Shown in pieces: positions 1 through 6,956 of a stretch of DNA of 64,000 bases (position 1 is its first letter; each line of letters starts with the position of its first letter). The notes below the pieces were generated by a model, which was not told where the DNA came from, did not search any database, and was given only the letters and a program-made list of their open reading frames with translations. The DNA is from Schmidtea nova (Eukaryota), in contig CM097882.1 in NCBI GenBank assembly GCA_044892505.1, forward strand, positions 257,424,001 to 257,488,000. The letters are read 5' to 3'. Position numbers and translations under genes: made by a program.

Positions 1-2
1 AC

Positions 3-506
3 CTCACGCCGAGAGGAAAAATGAGACATTTCCAATCGAGAATACATGGCATCACAGAAATTGCGAGTAGGAACCAATGCGACCAATATTTGGAGATGAA
101 ACAAATTCAGAATTTAACTGTTGGGAAAATATTGGTTGGCCATGATTTGCATGCAGAACTCCAGTATTTGAAAATTTGGACAAATCAATTATATGGCATT
201 CGGGATTTGTCCACGGCAAAGGCACTTCAATTGCAAGAAATATCGAGAAAAGGTGAATTTTTCAAACTGAAAACTGTGGTTGAACAAATGCTTGGAGAAC
301 AAATGCAAGTGCGCATCCATTCAGCTCTAGAGGATGTCAAAAACATTCGGAAAATATATCTAAAAATTGAAAATTCATGGATTGATGATATCCAAATTCC
401 CAAAGAAGTATTCATTGGAGGAATATCGAAAAGTTCATACCATAAACACAATGCCAACGACGAGCACGGCAATTACGAAAACCATTGCCCTGTCTGTGGG
501 AATTGA
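3..506 (+). CDS. DEDDh 3'-5' exonuclease, REX4/ISG20-like (5'-partial; frame open to the window edge)
   Basis: LTPRGKMRHFQSRIHGITE resembles ISG20 IRPEGEITDYRTRVSGVTP; ExoII-like ILVGHDLHAEL, IRDLST and ExoIII HSALED are present; C-terminal HCPVCG; no introns. The ExoI motif would lie upstream of the window. Confidence 0.8.
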   Translation, partial: LTPRGKMRHFQSRIHGITEIASRNQCDQYLEMKQIQNLTVGKILVGHDLHAELQYLKIWTNQLYGIRDLSTAKALQLQEISRKGEFFKLKTVVEQMLGEQMQVRIHSALEDVKNIRKIYLKIENSWIDDIQIPKEVFIGGISKSSYHKHNANDEHGNYENHCPVCGN

Positions 507-510
507 GAAA

Positions 511-825
511 ATGGCAGAGCAAATCGATTTGACAGAGGATATGGAAGTTGATTTGGAAATTGGGAAATCGAAATTGAAGTTGGCAACAGAAAATGATCTC
601 GAGGCAATTGAAGAAAACGTTGAGGTAATAACCGGTTTGTCTATCGCAAGAGTTTTAATATCATATGAAAATGGACCGATCCTCCACCTCGAAAATAGAA
701 AAAGAAAATATGCACAAATAGAAGCCAGTGAAACCATAACGGTAAATGGGATTATTTATCGGCGCGAAAAAACGTTTATTCGCTACAAAAGTGAAGTCGG
801 AAAAATTGAATTAAAATTAGACTAA
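511..825 (+). CDS. Hypothetical ~104-aa protein (MAEQIDLTEDMEVDLEIG...), directly after the exonuclease ORF
   Basis: ATG at 511 lies 4 nt after the TGA of the upstream ORF; frame is open 367-825; AATAAA at 859-864. Confidence 0.5.
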   Translation: MAEQIDLTEDMEVDLEIGKSKLKLATENDLEAIEENVEVITGLSIARVLISYENGPILHLENRKRKYAQIEASETITVNGIIYRREKTFIRYKSEVGKIELKLD

Positions 826-1029
826 CAATATATATGTGTATATATATTTTAATTAAGTAATAAATATTTTATTGTCTTTGATTTTGGCGTCCCATCCCAA
901 AATAAGTTAAATAAACCAAAAAAAATAAAATAAAATAGAAATTATGAGTACGATAGAAGTAACCCTCATACAATATGAGAGCATTACCATTGTCGTCGTA
1001 ATCGGTAAAAAAAAATTGTTAGAAACGTT

Positions 1030-1264
1030 ATTAAGAGTATTATTATTATTGTTATTATCATCATTATAATTATTAATTCATTATTATTATTATTATTATC
1101 AAAGTATTGTTATAATTATTCTTAGTAGGGGTAACGTATATTCATTATCATTTATATTATGATCAATTATAAAAGACATTATAAATAATTATTGGTATTA
1201 TTACGATCATCAATATGAAATTATTATTATATATTATTATTATTATTAATAATAGTTATCACTG

Positions 1265-1308
<44 letters not shown>

Positions 1309-1400
1309 TTTACTGTTATTATTGTTATTGTGATTATTATTATTAATATTAATATTGTAAATACATTATTATTATGCATTATTAATATTATTATTATTAT
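1030..1400. repeat. Degenerate (ATT)n microsatellite tract
   Basis: Visible imperfect ATT/ATC/GTT triplet repeats. Confidence 0.9.
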
Positions 1401-2045
1401 TTGACACTACTTTTTTTAAATATCCAAATAAATTTGGAGATATTGACTGACTAAAATCACACGCCGGATCTATATTTACAGAAATAAAATCGAATTCTAA
1501 GAATAACTGTTGTAGACTGTCAACTCTTCTCAGTCCCAAATACCATTCGGTTCCCGGGGAAAGGGTGAATCATAAAATTTCACGTTGAATCCAAAAACTC
1601 GTACTCTAATGGCCACTGCAATTCCGGTCTGGCCTGATTGAGAACAGTTATAATTGCGATAAATTTGTTTGAGATAAATTTACCCAAGCCTATCAAACCC
1701 GGTGTCTGCCCTTCGATAGGTCTCACCATATGAGAGTTTGTGGATTTCTATTCCGTTCGAATATCTGTTTCGATTTGTAAGTAGAATTGGTGAGAAATGA
1801 CGTGTGACGGTACAGATTGAGAATCAAGCATATTATCAATAACTTTAATAAATCGTTGAGTATTTATTTTAATTGTCATCATAGAGCACGTGTCGAGCCA
1901 GTAAATCCTAATCAACTCTTTTTTCTCCAAATTTTTTTCAAATGTATTTAATAAGAATTTAATAAATATAAATTAATTTATGACAAATGAAAACCGAAAT
2001 TGGTTTTCTCATTCTAAAAATAATGTACAACTTAAAAGTAAGTAA

Positions 2046-2483
2046 TTATAAAATTATAATAAAAAAATTACTTCTATCTATTGGTGAATTTAATCCAAAA
2101 ATTGTATTGGATTCTTCATTTTTGGAGGCTTCTTGAGGAAAATTCAGAACGTTTGGCCACTCACTGACTGAGGAAACTTTGGAAATTCTTTCATCATCCG
2201 ATGAAATGGTTTGAGTTTCATTTATTTGTTTACTTGGAAGTGAATTAGCAGAAATCCGAACAACTTTCCGATTAATTGTTGGTGATTTTTGGAATTGAAT
2301 TTTTGAAACTGTTTCAAATGTTTCGTGTTTTCTGTCTATTTTGTGAATTTTCGGTGACGATTGAGTTTCCTTATTTACATAAGTCACTTGAACGGGCTGA
2401 TTGTGCTGACTGGTTGGTTTGTCAAATTGTGGCTGAGTCTTTACAGATTTAGATTTAGAAGAATAAAACACACCGAATTGCAC
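2046..2483 (-). CDS. Hypothetical S/T/Q/K-rich ORF, possibly a decayed element gene
   Basis: 145-codon open frame with higher GC than its flanks; no recognisable motif; neighbouring minus-strand frames (1500-1930) contain stops. Confidence 0.3.
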   Translation of the reverse strand: MQFGVFYSSKSKSVKTQPQFDKPTSQHNQPVQVTYVNKETQSSPKIHKIDRKHETFETVSKIQFQKSPTINRKVVRISANSLPSKQINETQTISSDDERISKVSSVSEWPNVLNFPQEASKNEESNTIFGLNSPIDRSNFFIIIL

Positions 2484-2725
2484 AGGAACATGATCATTGG
2501 AAAATCAACTGAACAATTGTTGCTTGTATTGAAATACTTTTCCTCTACAAAGAATCTCGCCATCCGCTGCCTCATTTTGTGTTGCGCTGGCTACGGCAAT
2601 GCGCATTTGATATTGACATGTGGTGTTCCGTTGGTGTCATTGGCTTGCCGATGTATTGAGTGCTGATTTTTGAGGAGAAAGAAATGACATTAAAAAACAA
2701 ATTTTTCATAAAAAGAAAGAGAAAT

Positions 2726-2986
2726 GGCCAATCACAAATAAGCGTTCTGTGATTGGCCGGTGCGTATATCCTGGCAAGAAGATTGCCATCAAATAAAATC
2801 GGCAATGCCGATTAAAAACAAATTGGAGCTTAAAGCTCATCAAATAATCGGCAACGCCGAAATTAATGTAAATAAAGATCGGCAAAGCCGAAATTAAAGC
2901 AAATAAAAAAATCGGCAATGCCGAAATCTTATCAGAATAATCGGCAATGCCGAACAATTGTTGCATCGATTATCGGCTGAGCCGAT
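2726..2986. repeat. Cluster of short palindromes including six TCGGC-N3-GCCGA units
   Basis: TCGGC starts at 2799, 2848, 2879, 2912, 2941 and 2973. Also GGCCAATCACA/TGTGATTGGCC (2726-2758), TGGCAA/TTGCCA (2772-2788) and GAGCT/AGCTC (2826-2838). Confidence 0.9.
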
Positions 2987-2989
2987 TTA

Positions 2990-3021
2990 ATATTATTATT
3001 ATATTTGTTATCATTATTATG

Positions 3022-3103
<82 letters not shown>

Positions 3104-3622
3104 CTAACTATTATTATCATCGACAGTTATTGTTNNNNNNNNNNNNNNNNNNNNNNNNNNNNNNNNNNNNNNNNNNNNNNNNNNNNNNNNNNNNNNNNNN
3201 NNNNNNNNNNNNNNNNNNNNNNNNNNNNNNNNNNNNNNNNNNNNNNNNNNNNNNNNNNNNNNNNNNNNNNNNNNNNNNNNNNNNNNNNNNNNNNNNNNNN
3301 NNNNNNNNNNNCAGTTATTGTTCTTATTATTAATATTAATATTATTAATATTATTATTATGATTATTATGATTATTATGATTATTATTATTATTATGATT
3401 ATTATTATTATTATTGTTCTTGTTGTTCTTATTGTTAATTATTATATTATTATTGTTGTTGTTCTTGACTATTATTATCATCAACAATTTTAGAATTATT
3501 AGTATTATCATTATTAAGATTGCTATTACTATTAAAATAAGTATAAGTATTATTCTTAGTGTCATAATTATTATTTTCATCATTATCATCAATATGAAAC
3601 TATTACTATAATATATTGTTAT
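2990..3622. repeat. (ATT)n microsatellite with assembly gap (N 3135-3311)
   Basis: Long perfect ATT run followed by degenerate ATT/GAT repeats. Confidence 0.95.
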
Positions 3623-4628
3623 TGTTAGGATCAGGCCTTTGGCCTTAACGTTTTGAGGTTTTAATAATAATAATAATAAATTACTAAAAATAATTAAAAT
3701 AAAATAAAAATAATTTAAAACAGTTGTTAGAAAAAAAAATAGAAAAACAATTACTAAAAATAGAACCAGGCCTTTGTCTGGTAATTGTTAGAATATAATT
3801 GGCAATTATTTATTGACAAAATCGACGTAGGTAGATTTAATTTCAATATAAATAATACGGCATTTTAGTTTACAAAGGACAGACGGACGGACAGTGAAAA
3901 ACAACGTGTGAGAGAAAAATAATAAATACATTTGAAGTGAACGTTGATCGACGAAACAATCAGGGTGGTAACCTACAGCATCGAAATTTGGCATATATAT
4001 ATATATATATATACATATATATATACGTATATAGAAAAATATAGGTATTGGAGACAAGAGAGAGGAGAGAGACAGAAAAGAGAAAAAGAAAATTATCGTT
4101 GGAAAAGAAGTAATTTCTAAACTTGCATAAAAATATTTATAATCGAGTAGAGAGTGAAAGATAAATTTATCTTTTTGGTTGTAAAATCATTATTGTTAAT
4201 ATTATTTTTTAAAGCGGATACAAAGTAACGAAGATTACTTTAGTATCCTCTGGGTGCCCCAAAATCATTCCTCTTGCTTATCCTCTCTAGTAAAAAAATT
4301 TCTTAGCGATCGTTGTGCTACTGAGGTGCCAACGATTTCTTGCAGACTGTCACAAACAGTAGGGATTAATTTAATCCGAGATCTTTCTTGTTCTGTACAT
4401 CGATAAATTTTGTGAATAATTTGAATATTGTTTTGTAAATTGATTAAATAAAATTTGGAAATATAGTTAGTTTTCATTTACAGATTTTACCTGTTTTTAA
4501 AATACACGCAACCACATTAATTTTGTTATATTTATATTTATTCATTTATTTGTTATATAACAATATATAGATATAAAATAGGAGTCAATTTGTGTTAAGA
4601 TCAGCACCCCCATCTTTTGATCTTGACA
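3623..4628 (+). repeat. 5' LTR (1006 bp)
   Basis: TG...CA ends with an imperfect terminal inverted repeat (TGTYARGATCA); (TA)n/TATA-like tract near 3990-4030; 3' half duplicated at 12584-13117. Confidence 0.9.
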
Positions 4629-4631
4629 TTT

Positions 4632-4649
4632 TGGTGAGCCCGACGTGAT
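4632..4649 (+). promoter_or_regulatory. Primer-binding site complementary to the tRNA-Trp 3' end
   Basis: TGGTGAGCCCGACGTGAT, 3 nt after the LTR CA. Reverse complement ATCACGTCGGGCTCACCA differs at 1 of 18 positions from the vertebrate tRNA-Trp end ATCACGTCGGGGTCACCA (recalled sequence). Confidence 0.85.
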
Positions 4650-4764
4650 ATATTTTTTCGGGGGATATAAAAATATTATTGATCAGAAACAGTTTTCTTT
4701 CTAAATCATTGAGTTAAGAAATAGGAGAGTAAATTTTAGACCAGGTAATAGAAATCAACAGATA

Positions 4765-6822
4765 ATGGCAGACATAAATAATTTACAAAATGATAATAAT
4801 TTACAAAATAATGTCAATAATAATAATGTGCCAGTAGCTCAACCACCAGCGGTAGATTTTATGAGATACCCAACAATACCAATTAAACCATTTAGTGGGA
4901 ACCCCGGGGAGTTTCCAGAATTTATGTCCGAATATTTTCAGTTAGCCAGAGCATTAGGTTTCCCCGAACCGGTAATGATTTTGAGATTACCTTTATATCT
5001 AAAAGGGATGGCGCGTGAAATATATAATGATGTTATTATAGCCGAGCATCCAGCTGAATGGAATGTATTGCGGTTAGCGTTACAAAATAGAATATTACCC
5101 GGGGATGCAACCAGAGTGCTTAGACAACAATTTTATAATAGGAGACAGAATTTGGGTGAGCATGTTGGGGAATTTTCTTATCAAATACTAATGTTGGCAG
5201 AGAGAGCTTTTGGCGATAGGGCAGCTTGGAATGAGGCAACAAGAGCGTTAGTAAAAGACCAGTTTTGGTCAGGGTTATCGTCCGCAATGAGAAACGCACT
5301 CAGTTTACATATAGGGGATAATTTAGAGGAATTAACTCGTAAAGCTTGTTTAATTGAAAGTAGTATAGAGAAGTTAAATAATTTCGCAATTAGTACCAAT
5401 AAGTCCGACATTGAGTGTTTTAACTGTCATAAAAAGGGTCACATATCTAAAGATTGTAGGAGCAGGAATAATCCTATAGGGGAAAAATCATGTACCAGAT
5501 GCGGGAGAAACAATCATGTGGCGGCAAACTGCAGATTTTCGGACTTGAGTTGTGAGAAATGTAAACGCAAGGGACATGTAGCGTCAGTGTGTAAAGCTAG
5601 GTTTGGGGAGACTACCTCAAGTAATAATTTTAATAATAATAGAAATAGAAGCCCCGATAGAAATTTTCAGAATAATAATAATAATAAAAATTTTCAGAAC
5701 AAGAGTAATAATTTTTCAAATAATAATAATAATAATAATATAAAGAGGGATGAAGTGAATTCGGGGGGTAAAATTAAATGTCATACGTGTGGAAAATTTG
5801 GTCATATTATGCGTTCATGTCCACAAAATCAGTTGATTAATAATAATAGCAGTAATAATAATAGTGGTAGTAGTCGACCGAAACAGACTACGTTTGCAGT
5901 GAATTCTGATCACAAATTAACGTATTTACAGCAGCTTGAATTAGAAATTCAAGAAGAGAGAAATAGGTTAGCACGGCTAACGACAAATGAAATCGATGAA
6001 TACGGAGAAGATGAAGCCGAGGTGTATATGTTGTCAGCCAGAAAGGGGCGCAACAAAGATAAAAATAATAAGAGTAAATTAAGTAATGATATTGTAGCAG
6101 AACTTGAGGTATTGATGCTTCAAGAGAGTCCACAGGAGGACCGAGAGGAAAAGGCTATGGTTGTAGAACCAGAGGCTTGTGAGGGTTTACCGATTTCACC
6201 CAGTAAAAATCGAAAGACCATGGTCAGGGAACCAGAGGTCAAAAGTGGTTATGAGGGTTTACCGGTTTCACCCAGGAAAAATCGAGTGGCTATGGTCACA
6301 GAGCCAGAGGCCAAAGAAGGTTTACCGGTTTCACCTAGTAAAAATCGTAAAGTCATGGACATAGATCCAGTGGCTAATAGGAAATATCCAACAGAAGTTT
6401 TGGAAAAACGATGGGCTTCGGTCAGTGAGCCGGAAGTCTTAATAACCACATCATCCCAGAGAGATGATGGTGGCAGCAAACCAATAAAAGTTAGAGAGGC
6501 ATCGAAAGAGGAAAGTAATCCCATCGATGACTGTAAAATGCTATTACGTCATAGGAACGTATGGCAAAGAGAAATGGAACAGAGGCTAGAAAATATTAGA
6601 TTAAACCCCATTAACGAGAATGAGGTAGATAAAATAATGGATATCATATTAGAATTAAATAGAAATGATGAGTACCATCCGGTATTAAGAGAAATCCTTC
6701 GAAGCATAGGATTAAGTTGGAAGCAAAAAGGAGATCTAGAAGATTCCATAGTTTTTGTTGTCCTACCAAGAGGTTGTTTTTGTAGATATACAATAAACCC
6801 AAGAGAAAAGTCGAAGCACTAG
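4765..6822 (+). CDS. gag: Gag with capsid domain, four CCHC zinc knuckles and a long C-terminal extension
   Basis: PIKPFSGNPGEFPEF capsid start; CFNCHKKGHISKDC, CTRCGRNNHVAANC, CEKCKRKGHVASVC and CHTCGKFGHIMRSC (5416-5820); three EGLP(I/V)SPxKNR repeats; the extension ends in the first half of a ubiquitin-like fold. Confidence 0.93.
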   Translation: MADINNLQNDNNLQNNVNNNNVPVAQPPAVDFMRYPTIPIKPFSGNPGEFPEFMSEYFQLARALGFPEPVMILRLPLYLKGMAREIYNDVIIAEHPAEWNVLRLALQNRILPGDATRVLRQQFYNRRQNLGEHVGEFSYQILMLAERAFGDRAAWNEATRALVKDQFWSGLSSAMRNALSLHIGDNLEELTRKACLIESSIEKLNNFAISTNKSDIECFNCHKKGHISKDCRSRNNPIGEKSCTRCGRNNHVAANCRFSDLSCEKCKRKGHVASVCKARFGETTSSNNFNNNRNRSPDRNFQNNNNNKNFQNKSNNFSNNNNNNNIKRDEVNSGGKIKCHTCGKFGHIMRSCPQNQLINNNSSNNNSGSSRPKQTTFAVNSDHKLTYLQQLELEIQEERNRLARLTTNEIDEYGEDEAEVYMLSARKGRNKDKNNKSKLSNDIVAELEVLMLQESPQEDREEKAMVVEPEACEGLPISPSKNRKTMVREPEVKSGYEGLPVSPRKNRVAMVTEPEAKEGLPVSPSKNRKVMDIDPVANRKYPTEVLEKRWASVSEPEVLITTSSQRDDGGSKPIKVREASKEESNPIDDCKMLLRHRNVWQREMEQRLENIRLNPINENEVDKIMDIILELNRNDEYHPVLREILRSIGLSWKQKGDLEDSIVFVVLPRGCFCRYTINPREKSKH

Positions 6823-6956
6823 CCAAGAAAGTCGCTGAGGTAAAACCTCGATTGAAATGCGAACTATATTTGTTGGGAGAAAAACTATTAGAGGGAGAAA
6901 CCCTACTAGATTGTGGTATAATACCAGGAAAACAAATGCTAGTAAAAGCAAAGTTT
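6748..6956 (+). other. Ubiquitin-like domain 1, split across the ORF1/ORF2 frame junction
   Basis: IVFVVLPRGCFCRYTINPRE|KVEALAKKVAEVKPRLKCELYLLGEKLLEGETLLDCGIIPGKQMLVKAKF aligns by eye with ubiquitin ([21 protein letters not shown] vs CELYLLGEKLLEGETLLDCGI). Confidence 0.7.

Noticed and set aside
885-893. TGGCGTCCC, matching a tRNA-Asn PBS start
   Set aside because: Only 9 nt, no preceding LTR CA end and no downstream gag.
2797-2986. CRISPR-like appearance of the palindrome array
   Set aside because: Units are 13 bp with ~17-20-bp similar A-rich spacers, no cas genes and a eukaryotic context.
2932-3611. Poly-Ile/poly-Asn ORFs in the track
   Set aside because: Translations of (ATT)n microsatellite and N gap; no coding evidence.
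4265-4477. Identical 70-aa minus-strand ORF here and at 12754-12966
   Set aside because: It is duplicated only because it lies in the LTR; no motif, and the length is expected by chance.
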